Below, one piece after another: positions 8,950 to 17,760 of a DNA stretch of 64,000 bases; the first letter of the stretch is position 1; each line of letters opens with the position of its first letter. The translations under genes were made by a program, and so were the position numbers. This DNA comes from a virus: positions 7,562-71,561 of IMG/VR virus record IMGVR_UViG_3300030108_003091; one strand, written 5' to 3'. Under the pieces are notes generated by a model that did not search any database, was not told the origin of the DNA, and saw nothing but the letters and a program-made list of their open reading frames with translations.

Positions 8950-9363
8950 ATGCACGCTGGACCTAAAGCTATCTTGGTTATCAAAAGGAAGGAAGCTATG
9001 ATGCCTGACTTCTCTGGTCCTGGTTATCTCAAAGCCAAAAAGAAAATGGTGCATAGTTGTCCAGACGATGAGGATGAAGCCTATGCCAGCGAGCCCATGA
9101 CTACGGATGACACCTACGACGAACCGGACGAAGGTGACGCTGATCCTCCCATGGATGACATGGACATTGATGCCAAGCTGAAGCAAATGAAGGACATGGC
9201 ATCGGAGATCATGGAGATTTCTAAGCAGCTTGAGAAGGCATCGAAGATGCACAAGGGCCAAGCTGATAAACTTAAAGTCATGGCGAAGGACCATGACGAA
9301 GCTATGGGTGGTGAAAGCTACGGTATGGGTGGCGCCAGCTATAAAATGAAGAAAGAGAAATAG
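8950..9363 (+). CDS. Acidic, Met-rich hypothetical protein
   Basis: GGAG RBS; D/E-rich middle and a coiled-coil segment. Confidence 0.65.
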   Translation: MHAGPKAILVIKRKEAMMPDFSGPGYLKAKKKMVHSCPDDEDEAYASEPMTTDDTYDEPDEGDADPPMDDMDIDAKLKQMKDMASEIMEISKQLEKASKMHKGQADKLKVMAKDHDEAMGGESYGMGGASYKMKKEK

Positions 9364-9436
9364 GCTACCTTCGTTACGCCATAGGAAGCAAACGCAACAA
9401 AGGTAGCCCCACCAAGGCTACCACCCCTCGGCGAAC

Positions 9437-9712
9437 TTAGTCAGCCAAGCTGCTAAGTATCTTGTCAAGTCGGTCAAAGTACGGACTGTTCCTTGGTTCC
9501 TTCCGTACAGACTCAGGCATTTCATTGATGATTTCGCGTATTTCTTCCATACCTGCAAGGTTTACGTCACTAACCAACTCACGCATCCCGCCGTCCAATC
9601 GGCCGGATACTTCGTGTAGTTTATCTATTGACTGTGCGATCAGAGACAGTACGGACTCTAACTCACGCTCTACAGTTTCAATGTCTTGCTTCAATGTATC
9701 AATAACACTCAT
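9437..9712 (-). CDS. Hypothetical coiled-coil protein
   Basis: Last gene of the coupled leftward array; ATGA overlap with the upstream gene. Confidence 0.7.
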   Translation of the reverse strand: MSVIDTLKQDIETVERELESVLSLIAQSIDKLHEVSGRLDGGMRELVSDVNLAGMEEIREIINEMPESVRKEPRNSPYFDRLDKILSSLAD

Positions 9713-9912
9713 CGGATTATCTCTTTGGCTTCACGCATTAGTTTGTCACCCTCACAATCGAAGCACCTTGTCTTAACGTTATGTTTGTTAACGTACGGTC
9801 CAAGACGTTTTCCGCAATCGGAGCAGTGGGTGTAGTATCGGGGAAAGTACGGTCCAGCTACATAGCTTGTGAGTATCACAGCATGCACCATAGGAACCCG
9901 TAGTTCGGGCAT
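9709..9912 (-). CDS. Small zinc-ribbon protein
   Basis: CSDC...CFDC; ends overlap neighbours. Confidence 0.55.
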   Translation of the reverse strand: MPELRVPMVHAVILTSYVAGPYFPRYYTHCSDCGKRLGPYVNKHNVKTRCFDCEGDKLMREAKEIIR

Positions 9913-10193
9913 TCAATCAGCACCATCATTTTGCCCGTCTTTGGATCGGCCCAATCAAGTATTGCTGCGTCATGCTCTTGACCACAATCTTCGATCGGAC
10001 ACGTCTGCTTCAAGCGATAAACAATGTCGACCTTGTGACTGCCCATGTCTTCGGGTAACACTACGTACTTCACTACTTCAGCGCTGTCTTCTCCAAGCGC
10101 AGTGTACCCGTGAACCTCTTGGACTGTACCGTCTTCCAGCTTTCTTGCGCCAATGTCTTGCCCTGGTATGTATACAAAGTTCTCAACACTCAT
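9876..10193 (-). CDS. Hypothetical Cys-containing protein
   Basis: GGAGG RBS, ATGA overlap, CPIEDC motif. Confidence 0.65.
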   Translation of the reverse strand: MSVENFVYIPGQDIGARKLEDGTVQEVHGYTALGEDSAEVVKYVVLPEDMGSHKVDIVYRLKQTCPIEDCGQEHDAAILDWADPKTGKMMVLIECPNYGFLWCML

Positions 10194-10564
10194 TTTGCCT
10201 CCATGTTTTTTGCGGCCTTACGCATGGCGCGAGCCAGTTTTGAAATGTCTTTGTCGTTGTAGTCTCCGCACATTACGTCAACGCGCCCATCAAACAACGG
10301 CTTCCAATAACAATCACTTGAGCACTCTCCGTACAACCACATGAGCGCGTACATAAACCCAAGCGGGTTATCTAAATCTACTCGCCAGTTAGTTCCCTTG
10401 GTTGTCATCGGACCATCTTTGGGTGTCATTACTGTGATGGTGTAGCCACCACGACCTGACCCCAAGGCGATCACCGACTTGTCTCCGCATCCGGCGACTA
10501 CCGGAATGACCGGGACACCGGGCTCAATCGGAATGAACGGTATTACTTTCTGCCAGTTACTCAT
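10190..10564 (-). CDS. Hypothetical protein
   Basis: GGAGG RBS and ATGA overlap at 10561-10564. Confidence 0.65.
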   Translation of the reverse strand: MSNWQKVIPFIPIEPGVPVIPVVAGCGDKSVIALGSGRGGYTITVMTPKDGPMTTKGTNWRVDLDNPLGFMYALMWLYGECSSDCYWKPLFDGRVDVMCGDYNDKDISKLARAMRKAAKNMEAK

Positions 10565-10773
10565 CCTTCGCCTCCCTTTCTTCGTGCGTTGAATCGTTTC
10601 TCTGTACACTTGATACAGTTACACAGATGTTTTGTTTCTTGGTCCCAATCGGGCACGACGTGGTAGAACTTCTCCCCACCTTCCAGGCGCGTTAGTTGCT
10701 CGTCCGTGATCGCTACCGCCGTGGGCTCACTCAGGGTCCACGTCTCCCCGTCGTCCAGTACATAGACAATCAT
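10561..10773 (-). CDS. Hypothetical early protein
   Basis: Starts at a GGAGGTGATTGATG junction. Confidence 0.65.
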   Translation of the reverse strand: MIVYVLDDGETWTLSEPTAVAITDEQLTRLEGGEKFYHVVPDWDQETKHLCNCIKCTEKRFNARRKGGEG

Positions 10774-11117
10774 CAATCACCTCCGGAGAGTATTTGATTT
10801 TGTTTCAACTTTTTACGGTGCGGGAGCGGGATCGTTTCGCCTAATGGATACTGTATGGTCGCCTTGGTTAACCAATCGGCCAGCCCTTTTTTGTCCGTTG
10901 GTACGTCAATCTTTGTAAGCGTGAAGTGTTCCCATTTATAGACATAGTGATCGACCTCCCAATCAGTGTAGGCTCCCATTGTATCCACGTGGGTCTGGGG
11001 AGACAGTTCCCGGTATCTGGCCAGCGCTTCCCGCTTCGATCCAAAAACCTCACATAGCATGTGCGCAAAGTCTTTATCTCCACCGTTAACGTCAAAACTT
11101 AGTGCGTACAGTTTCAT
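10773..11117 (-). CDS. Hypothetical early protein
   Basis: Starts at a GGAAGGTGAGTGATG junction; ends GGD. Confidence 0.7.
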   Translation of the reverse strand: MKLYALSFDVNGGDKDFAHMLCEVFGSKREALARYRELSPQTHVDTMGAYTDWEVDHYVYKWEHFTLTKIDVPTDKKGLADWLTKATIQYPLGETIPLPHRKKLKQNQILSGGD

Positions 11118-11341
11118 CACTCACCTTCCAACAGGACCGCTACGTCCTCTTTGGAAGGGACACCATCACCGTTGTCGTGCCAAGGATCACCGGGGTTCAG
11201 GAGCCTGCCGGTGTGGAAGCAGAACATGTCATAGTACCTGTCGGGGTCGTCCTCGGCACGCATGCCAAACTTCCAGTTTAGCACCACGTTTACACGGCGA
11301 CTGTATGGATACCTGTATCGTATGACTACTGCACTTGGCAT
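11117..11341 (-). CDS. Hypothetical early protein
   Basis: Starts at an exact GGAGGTGAGTGATG junction; ends EGE. Confidence 0.7.
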   Translation of the reverse strand: MPSAVVIRYRYPYSRRVNVVLNWKFGMRAEDDPDRYYDMFCFHTGRLLNPGDPWHDNGDGVPSKEDVAVLLEGE

Positions 11342-11709
11342 CACTCACCTCCAAACATTCGATCTGGCAGTTTTGCGTTTTCCCAAACCTCATGGGCTCG
11401 GTCGAATAGTTCATTCAACTCTGTAGGATCGATGTTCATTGACTCTACAATAGGTTCAGAATCAAAGTTCTCTTGTGTTGCAGCGATCTCGCATAGCAAA
11501 CGTGCAAACTGTATTAGGTCTAAGCATATTGCTTGGTCGTTATTTGCCGGTGCGTCATGCCAAACGTCAACAGCGCGATCAAATAACTCAGATATATCTA
11601 AAGGTGTTAGATCCATAGAAGCGCATAGCGCATCGATGTTAAGGTTATCTTGCGTTGCCTGAATCTCACTTATCAGGCGAGCAAACTGTATTAGATTGTT
11701 ACTCCACAT
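11341..11709 (-). CDS. Hypothetical protein made of two tandem ~55-aa repeats
   Basis: LIQFARL..EI.ATQ.N.......SM...P....ELFDRA..VW occurs twice. Confidence 0.8.
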   Translation of the reverse strand: MWSNNLIQFARLISEIQATQDNLNIDALCASMDLTPLDISELFDRAVDVWHDAPANNDQAICLDLIQFARLLCEIAATQENFDSEPIVESMNIDPTELNELFDRAHEVWENAKLPDRMFGGE

Positions 11710-12248
11710 CACTCACCTCCTACGGGGTTCATTGATTCTGACAGAGCATCCATCGCATCGTTGGTTGCCTCATGGTCTGCATCAGGCATTGATTGTTTGA
11801 GCCGGTCAATGCTTTCCTTCAACCATTTCTTTGCGTTGCCAGGTTTACCACATTCATAGGGCTCGTCTTTTGCAGCGTTCTCCATAGTCCACAGTACGTA
11901 TTCCATGTGACCGATCGGGATCTCTACCGGAGCATGATGGCGCGTCTTGTCGGCCGCACACTTCTCGTCGCACTCGTCGCATACGTACTCACCCATCGTT
12001 AAGTCTACGTCGGTCAGGTACTCGTCAGAGTGTGTCTCGCCGCACACGTCACACTCGAACGCATGCTCGCTGACACAATGAGTACACCAGTCTTCACCAT
12101 AGATGTCAGTCATCTTGTCTACATGCTCACGCTCTCCGCACTTGTCGCACTCTGGATTGTTTTCCTTCCATCGTTCATGGCGAGCATCTTCACGCTGTTC
12201 GTGCTTCCATCGAGCGTATGCGTATCTGTTGTGGTAGCTATATTTCAT
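11709..12248 (-). CDS. Multi-CxxC zinc-finger protein
   Basis: CDKC, CTHC, CDVC, CDEC; junction motif at both ends. Confidence 0.75.
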   Translation of the reverse strand: MKYSYHNRYAYARWKHEQREDARHERWKENNPECDKCGEREHVDKMTDIYGEDWCTHCVSEHAFECDVCGETHSDEYLTDVDLTMGEYVCDECDEKCAADKTRHHAPVEIPIGHMEYVLWTMENAAKDEPYECGKPGNAKKWLKESIDRLKQSMPDADHEATNDAMDALSESMNPVGGE

Positions 12249-12251
12249 CAC

Positions 12252-12479
12252 TCACCTCTCCGCCGGGTAGCCGGTGTCGTTCATTACGCTGACACGTTCA
12301 GGGTTCAACTCATGCATCATTATGCCTATGTACCCACGGTCTTCGTCGCTGCCGCCGTGCTTTTCTGCTTCGTTCGCAGCATCTTCGGCATCGCCAATCG
12401 TGCTGTATGTTCCAAGCACATTGTACTGTGTGCCATTGTCTTGTGACCATTCTCGAATCACTTGGTAGATGTAGGTCAT
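12252..12479 (-). CDS. Hypothetical early protein
   Basis: Junction motif at the start. Confidence 0.7.
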   Translation of the reverse strand: MTYIYQVIREWSQDNGTQYNVLGTYSTIGDAEDAANEAEKHGGSDEDRGYIGIMMHELNPERVSVMNDTGYPAER

Positions 12480-12730
12480 CACTCACCTCCCTTGCATTCA
12501 TGGTCAGCATCAATGTCGTGCGACTCGTCGCAGTGTACACAGATGGCTTGCTCACCTTCTCCAAGCATGTCCATGTCTTTGAACGTTTGAACTACGGAAT
12601 CGAATAAGCCGGTTTCTTTGACGTATCGTATGCACAACTCTTGGTGTAGAGCCTTTTGTAGTTCTTGATACGTCATACTATCTATGGTCATGCGTGCGAT
12701 ATACGCTCTGTTCTCTGCGTTGTTTTCCAT
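12479..12730 (-). CDS. Hypothetical protein with C-terminal CxxC/H zinc motif
   Basis: CVHCDESH...HEC; ends GGE. Confidence 0.7.
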   Translation of the reverse strand: MENNAENRAYIARMTIDSMTYQELQKALHQELCIRYVKETGLFDSVVQTFKDMDMLGEGEQAICVHCDESHDIDADHECKGGE

Positions 12731-13170
12731 CACTCACCTCCAGCTTTGGTGTGTTGCTCTGACACAGCTTCGCGCAAGTCATTCTTAACTGTGATACGCA
12801 TACTGCCGGGTCGTGTGAACACCCACGTTTCTTGTGCTGCATCTTTGGCTACACGCTTCACGTGGTCAAGGCTCTCACGATAATGGTGCGCCCGCTCTGC
12901 TGCATCCTGCACAATCTCTACACCGTCCGGTGTGTCGAGCACTGCTGCCAGGATAGCCCATGCGTTCAATGGAATGGCTGCATCCTTGCCTGGTGGCGTA
13001 GCGTGCAACTCATAGTGTAGGTCAATCAGTAAACTTCCCTTGTACGTGCGCCCCGGCTGAATGTACTTGCGTGCGGACTTGCACTCTTTGGTGCCCTTGT
13101 CGGCCAGCTTGGACAGCGCGAGCACTGCATCCACTGGTAGGTTCTCAAGCGTATTGTTGTCTTGGCTCAT
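12730..13170 (-). CDS. Hypothetical early protein
   Basis: Junction motif at both ends. Confidence 0.75.
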   Translation of the reverse strand: MSQDNNTLENLPVDAVLALSKLADKGTKECKSARKYIQPGRTYKGSLLIDLHYELHATPPGKDAAIPLNAWAILAAVLDTPDGVEIVQDAAERAHHYRESLDHVKRVAKDAAQETWVFTRPGSMRITVKNDLREAVSEQHTKAGGE

Positions 13171-13517
13171 CACTCACCTCCCACGATAACTTGACCGGCT
13201 ACAATGTTGAATGTTGGTTCACTCATCCAGCAATCGCCTCCGTGTGCGTCGAACTCGGCAGACTCATACATGCTCGGCTTCCACGCAATCGTGACGTTTA
13301 GTGTGTCACCATCGACCAGTGGAAAGTCTCGACCGAATCCACTCCGACCGTCCCAACCCAAGTCACCCGGTCGATTGTTACTTGTGTATTGTTTGCCGCT
13401 GAGTGTTCCGAAAGCAAACTCGACATGATGCTTTCGCGGGTTCCATCCGGCTAACTTGAGCAGCGCATTGATTTGTTTTCTCAATGCCTGCTGATTGACT
13501 ATATGTTTTTGGCTCAT
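13170..13517 (-). CDS. Hypothetical early protein
   Basis: A/C-rich leader with GGAG RBS; TTGACA at 13597-13592 upstream; ends GGE. Confidence 0.75.
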   Translation of the reverse strand: MSQKHIVNQQALRKQINALLKLAGWNPRKHHVEFAFGTLSGKQYTSNNRPGDLGWDGRSGFGRDFPLVDGDTLNVTIAWKPSMYESAEFDAHGGDCWMSEPTFNIVAGQVIVGGE

Positions 13518-13651
13518 GGCCTTGCTCCCTTGTTGGTTTGGTAGATGGATGATTCATCATCCAGTATAGGGTATAACACGTTGGTATAGGCTGTCAACCC
13601 TTTATTTGAAAATAGTTCTCAAGTGGATGAGTAATCCAGGCCCCGTAACTG

Positions 13652-14617
13652 TTACTTGGTTAGCCGAATCAAAGACTCGGGTACACCATCGACAATCGAG
13701 GTTAGATGTCTCATCACACATTCCGGCACTTCAATCGGTAGGACTTTCAATGCACAGAGTAAGATGTCAGCTTGGATGGTTATTTCCTCACGGTCATTGG
13801 ACTCGTCAAAGAAAGTACGCTGCCACTCAAGATATTCTGACTGAGTTTTAGACGCTTGACGCATCATCCGTTCCATCACTGGTTGCCACATGTCCTGTGA
13901 GATTAGTGTTTCTTTGTGCTGTTCAAGATGATGGAACAAAACAGCATCGTACCATTTCATCCAGATAACTTTAGTCCACTTATCGAACGCCGTAGTATCT
14001 TCGTAAAGGCCAGTGGGGTTGGAGAAAATGTTACAGCCCCACTCCCACCAAGCGCTCATCCATCCTTCAAGCATATCCTGTTCGTCTGTGTCCACTGAGT
14101 AGTTACAAAACACGTCGTCTAACTCTAAGTATCCTGACACAAATGACTGGACGTTATCTTCTGGTCTGTTTGCTATGTAACCAGACACCCACAGATTTAA
14201 GCATCGGGTCAAAGACATAGCGGCAGACTCGCACTCGCAGGCAAGACAATCAGGCACATGTTCGGGCTGATCCGTTTCATCGAACAGAATAACTGTCGCA
14301 GCTTTAGCCGACGTTGGTAGTGTGCCACCAAACAACTCACTATCCATAGGCGGTAACTCACATTGGATATAGTCACCCGGCTTTATCCAATGTGAGCAGT
14401 TAGGTGACCTGCCGGGATGAGCATAGTGTTTTTTGTGGTTGTCTTTTTCCGTGTTTACAGGTGTTTCTGTATAGTAGTTGTAGCAAAGTACCTTACTCTC
14501 AGTCTCCTGCACTTGTCGGAAACAAGATAACTTACTTTGGCTGGCATATTTGTAGATACAGTCAGCGATAATGTTGACCAGTGTTGGTTCTCTTAATGGT
14601 GCTGCTTGGTTGCTCAT
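13652..14617 (-). CDS. Hypothetical protein, ~321 aa, Trp/Cys-rich
   Basis: Long ORF starting at a GGGGATGAGTGATG junction. Confidence 0.75.
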   Translation of the reverse strand: MSNQAAPLREPTLVNIIADCIYKYASQSKLSCFRQVQETESKVLCYNYYTETPVNTEKDNHKKHYAHPGRSPNCSHWIKPGDYIQCELPPMDSELFGGTLPTSAKAATVILFDETDQPEHVPDCLACECESAAMSLTRCLNLWVSGYIANRPEDNVQSFVSGYLELDDVFCNYSVDTDEQDMLEGWMSAWWEWGCNIFSNPTGLYEDTTAFDKWTKVIWMKWYDAVLFHHLEQHKETLISQDMWQPVMERMMRQASKTQSEYLEWQRTFFDESNDREEITIQADILLCALKVLPIEVPECVMRHLTSIVDGVPESLIRLTK

Positions 14618-14808
14618 CACTCATCCCCTTCGTCCAGGCGCTCGCCGGATTGAATCTCATAGTGCCGGACCTGACCTGTCGGCATGAACTCCACTGACGC
14701 TACAGTTTCCTCGGTCTTGATACGTTGTAGGGTTTTAGCTAAAGCATCCTTGTAGCTGGTTGCATCAACCCTATCTTCAATGGTTACTTGGTAGGTATCA
14801 ATAGGCAT
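14617..14808 (-). CDS. Hypothetical early protein
   Basis: Exact junction motif at the start. Confidence 0.65.
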   Translation of the reverse strand: MPIDTYQVTIEDRVDATSYKDALAKTLQRIKTEETVASVEFMPTGQVRHYEIQSGERLDEGDE

Positions 14809-15002
14809 CACTCACCTCCATAGTTGGGGTTTGGCTCTCGTCGTTCGATGATTCGGTACCAACCACCCTCGTTTTCGTTGTACGCCTTGAGTTCGTCGCG
14901 GACTTCGCGCCAAGATTCGCTTGCGCTCAGGTCTTCAAAACCGTGGCCGTAGCCATAGTTTCCTTGCAGGACGTATAGATATAGGTACTTATTCGCTGAC
15001 AT
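14808..15002 (-). CDS. Hypothetical early protein
   Basis: TAATG overlap; ends GGE. Confidence 0.7.
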   Translation of the reverse strand: MSANKYLYLYVLQGNYGYGHGFEDLSASESWREVRDELKAYNENEGGWYRIIERREPNPNYGGE

Positions 15003-15196
15003 TACTTTTCTCCAAAGGTAGATTGAAGCCGAACCATGCGGACAAACGCTTCTCCTGCTTGCATAGGATTATTCTTTGCAATCGCTTTGTTGATATGGTC
15101 CCGATGCGCTTCTGCTGCTTCACGATTGTCGTAGTAGATCCATGGCATCACCGATCCATCTAACAAACTGCTTAGGAATAGTACGTGGACATTCAT
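15002..15196 (-). CDS. Hypothetical early protein
   Basis: Starts at a GAGGTGAGTAATG junction. Confidence 0.65.
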   Translation of the reverse strand: MNVHVLFLSSLLDGSVMPWIYYDNREAAEAHRDHINKAIAKNNPMQAGEAFVRMVRLQSTFGEK

Positions 15197-15483
15197 TACT
15201 CACCTCTGGCAAATGCGGCCAACTCATTCATGCGAATACGCATAGCCAAGTCAACCTGTTGTGGTTGCATGTCAGGAAACAAGCACTCACCCTTCATGTA
15301 CGCATCTTCCAAGACTTTAGTTTCATATCGACGGCGCTCTACCAGTCGAAGCACCTTGCCCAAGTTTTCATCGGTTAGTTTTCTGGAACCATCAATCCAT
15401 TCCTCCAGTAAACCAAGTGCTGAATTGTTTACCTCGAATGATACGGGCATCACGCAGCCGTCACACTTTCCACACTTTCTCAT
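15196..15483 (-). CDS. Hypothetical protein with N-terminal CxxCxxC
   Basis: Exact junction motif; CGKCDGC. Confidence 0.65.
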   Translation of the reverse strand: MRKCGKCDGCVMPVSFEVNNSALGLLEEWIDGSRKLTDENLGKVLRLVERRRYETKVLEDAYMKGECLFPDMQPQQVDLAMRIRMNELAAFARGE

Positions 15484-15941
15484 CACTCACCTCCCTTGGT
15501 TAGTGCGTGTTGACTCCAGAATGTCGCAGCCTCAATAGCTTCGTGTGGCTTCATACCGGAATCCCACCACTCACGCGGTGATGGTGCATCGGCTTGCGTA
15601 CCGTACGCTGTGAATAGCATTAGGGTGCCATCATCCACGCGCATGCCACACACAACCATGTTGCGGGCTGGACGTGATGGCGCGTCAATCAGGCGCGATG
15701 GTCCCGGTCGGTTGTTCCGTTTCTCATACGTTACCTGGTCCTCTGTTACCGGCTCATCACCCACCGATGGACCGTACAGAGAGCACGGGAGACTCGGACA
15801 TTCATCCGGTAACTCCAGCACCTTTAGCAGAAACGAACCGTCCCACTCTGCAAGTGCTTGGTCAATGAAGGTTAGGTGTGTAGCGTCAAGGCCGTGGTCA
15901 TCGTGTGCGAGTACGATTCCGTTTGGTGTGACAGTAGACAT
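15483..15941 (-). CDS. Hypothetical protein with conserved-looking motifs
   Basis: GGGAG RBS before ATG 15941; LYGP, SRL, FTAYG, PREWWD, FWSQHAL. Confidence 0.75.
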   Translation of the reverse strand: MSTVTPNGIVLAHDDHGLDATHLTFIDQALAEWDGSFLLKVLELPDECPSLPCSLYGPSVGDEPVTEDQVTYEKRNNRPGPSRLIDAPSRPARNMVVCGMRVDDGTLMLFTAYGTQADAPSPREWWDSGMKPHEAIEAATFWSQHALTKGGE

Positions 15942-16022
15942 GATAGGCTCCCTTGTTTTGTTAATGGTAGATGGTGGTTGCTTTGGTAGAGCAGGCAACC
16001 AGTCTGCTTCCCCACTCACCGA

Positions 16023-16712
16023 TTAGTCCAACCGAACCGGCATGATTAAAAACTGTACTGACGTTATAGAATCGAGATCGCTGCGAACGTGGCCGTTATC
16101 AGAATATCTGTCATCTGGTTCCCATACGGTAGGATCACAATCGTTACCGGTAAACCGTACCGACCAGGTACGGTCGCGACCCAACTTGAGCGCCGTATTG
16201 ATACCTTGGAGCATGTAAAGATAACCGGAGTTAAACCCTGCCCGAGTTACCTTCCCGTCATTGTCCAACCGGAGCACACTAACGTCAGGGAACTGGTTGC
16301 ATGAACTCGCGGCATCCTCCCCACTGACAGCTACGTGACCCTTGGACGCAATCACAACACTGACGTCGCTTTCACCGCCCACGTACTTCTCAGGGTTAGG
16401 CGTAGTAGTAAACACCACCGGCTCAGTAGGTGCGGCTATGTTGGTTTCAATGGTCAGCATAACCGAACCATTGGTAGCTATGTATCGGGCTCGCCCTAAC
16501 TCGCTGTGCTTATCTTTGCGTTCGTCGTCGATGGCTTCGCAGTAAATCTGTGTAAGCCCCGGCTGACTGCTCGCATGCTTGCCCATGATGATAGGCTTCA
16601 TAGCTTTAGCAATCTCAAGGGGTAGGTGGCCCATGTACTTTTGCTTAGGCTTCACCGGCTCAGTCACGGTAGGCTCATCAGCGGTATCTTCGTATTCGTT
16701 ATCGTAGGTCAT
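16023..16712 (-). CDS. DNA polymerase III beta-clamp-like protein, truncated
   Basis: ATNG..L (cf. ATDGHRL), FPD.SVL, GFNSGYL and C-terminal FLIMPVR are DnaN hallmarks; only 229 aa. Confidence 0.7.
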   Translation of the reverse strand: MTYDNEYEDTADEPTVTEPVKPKQKYMGHLPLEIAKAMKPIIMGKHASSQPGLTQIYCEAIDDERKDKHSELGRARYIATNGSVMLTIETNIAAPTEPVVFTTTPNPEKYVGGESDVSVVIASKGHVAVSGEDAASSCNQFPDVSVLRLDNDGKVTRAGFNSGYLYMLQGINTALKLGRDRTWSVRFTGNDCDPTVWEPDDRYSDNGHVRSDLDSITSVQFLIMPVRLD

Positions 16713-16901
16713 GTCTTCCTCATAGGTTTGGTAGATTTAGTGGATGCGCACAGTCTCCTGTAGTTGGTTTGTTAGTTCTACTTTGCTACGTTCTCACCGG
16801 TTGCCTGTCTCAACCGGGTCGCCCGTATGTCACCCTGCACGCACAATGACTTGCAATAGTAGAGTTAGTATTGATAGGAAAGGTTCAGGCTGTGGCGCTC
16901 A

Positions 16902-17135
16902 TTACCATGATGGCTCTCCGTGTTGCGCAGCCTCAACGCCATCCAGAAAGGCATGCATGCGGTAGTATGTTTCGGTCTTGGTTCCGATTGGCGTGATGGC
17001 ACGCCTTCCGCCGGTTTCGTTCAGCATGGATAGGCAAACTCCGCCGCTTGTATGGTCGAGCATATAGGTTCCGACACCGGCCGCATTGATACGGTCGACA
17101 ACGTTTTCGAGGTTTTCTAACTTGATGCGGTGCAT
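16902..17135 (-). CDS. Hypothetical early protein
   Basis: GGAG RBS; overlaps the upstream gene. Confidence 0.65.
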   Translation of the reverse strand: MHRIKLENLENVVDRINAAGVGTYMLDHTSGGVCLSMLNETGGRRAITPIGTKTETYYRMHAFLDGVEAAQHGEPSW

Positions 17136-17347
17136 GACTGCTCCAAGGTTTCGACGTAGTAACGTTGACCGGGCTTCTCATTGACGAGGTATGCCCGTTC
17201 GTTGGGTTTGGTGGTAGGCTTGCCAATGTGAATGGCGCCCTCTTGAATCTTGCGCTTGACTGTCTTCAGCGTATTACTGTAGCCGTACGGCCTGTAGTAT
17301 GAGACTGCTGCGCTAAGAGTAGGAAAGTATGCGGTTCCTCTAATCAT
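17117..17347 (-). CDS. Hypothetical early protein
   Basis: GGAG RBS and ATGA overlap. Confidence 0.65.
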   Translation of the reverse strand: MIRGTAYFPTLSAAVSYYRPYGYSNTLKTVKRKIQEGAIHIGKPTTKPNERAYLVNEKPGQRYYVETLEQSCTASS

Positions 17348-17544
17348 GCTGGCTCCGAGTTATCGAGTAGGGCTTGAGTCTGTACAGCACTGATACGCTG
17401 TATGAATGGGACGTCAGGGTCGTTAGGGTTAGGTCGAATGAGTAAGTACCCGTCGGGCGTTACGTTGAGATAGAAAGTGTACTGAGAAAAACGGTTCAGT
17501 ACGCGCTTGTACTTTTTGAACATGGTCATTTTGTTAGCGGTCAT
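17344..17544 (-). CDS. Hypothetical protein, first gene of the leftward array
   Basis: AAGGA RBS; downstream of the promoter at 17632. Confidence 0.6.
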   Translation of the reverse strand: MTANKMTMFKKYKRVLNRFSQYTFYLNVTPDGYLLIRPNPNDPDVPFIQRISAVQTQALLDNSEPA

Positions 17545-17603
17545 GGTGCTTCCTTTTCTGGTAGGTCTGTTGGTGGGTAGGTTTTCAACCAACCCTCCCA
17601 AAC

Positions 17604-17632
17604 AATATGCTCTCATTGTAGAACCATGTCAA
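17604..17632 (-). promoter_or_regulatory. sigma70-like promoter for the leftward early array
   Basis: TTGACA-17 nt-CATATT. Confidence 0.55.
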
Positions 17633-17760
17633 GGTGGTATGGTGAGAAAGTTTGAAGAAAAGCCGTAAGTGGTTGTTATTATTACAGAACTTTTTTTGAT
17701 TTTCTTTTGCTGCTGTTCGTTTTCGTTGACGTTCCGAGCAGTACCGCGCGGTATGTTCTC

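Larger units (their letters stand above)
10771..15494 (-). repeat. Dispersed 14-bp gene-junction repeat GGAGGTGAGTGATG
   Basis: Exact + strand CATCACTCACCTCC at 11339, 11707, 12477, 12728, 13168, 14806 and 15481; variants at 10771, 11115, 12246, 14615 and 15194. Confidence 0.92.

Noticed and set aside
10773-15494. C-terminal GG(E) on many small proteins as a ubiquitin-like conjugation or degron signal
   Set aside because: The residues are the translation of the overlapping Shine-Dalgarno sequence GGAGGTGAG; the variants GE, GGD and GDE track the DNA motif, and no E1/E2/JAB genes are present.
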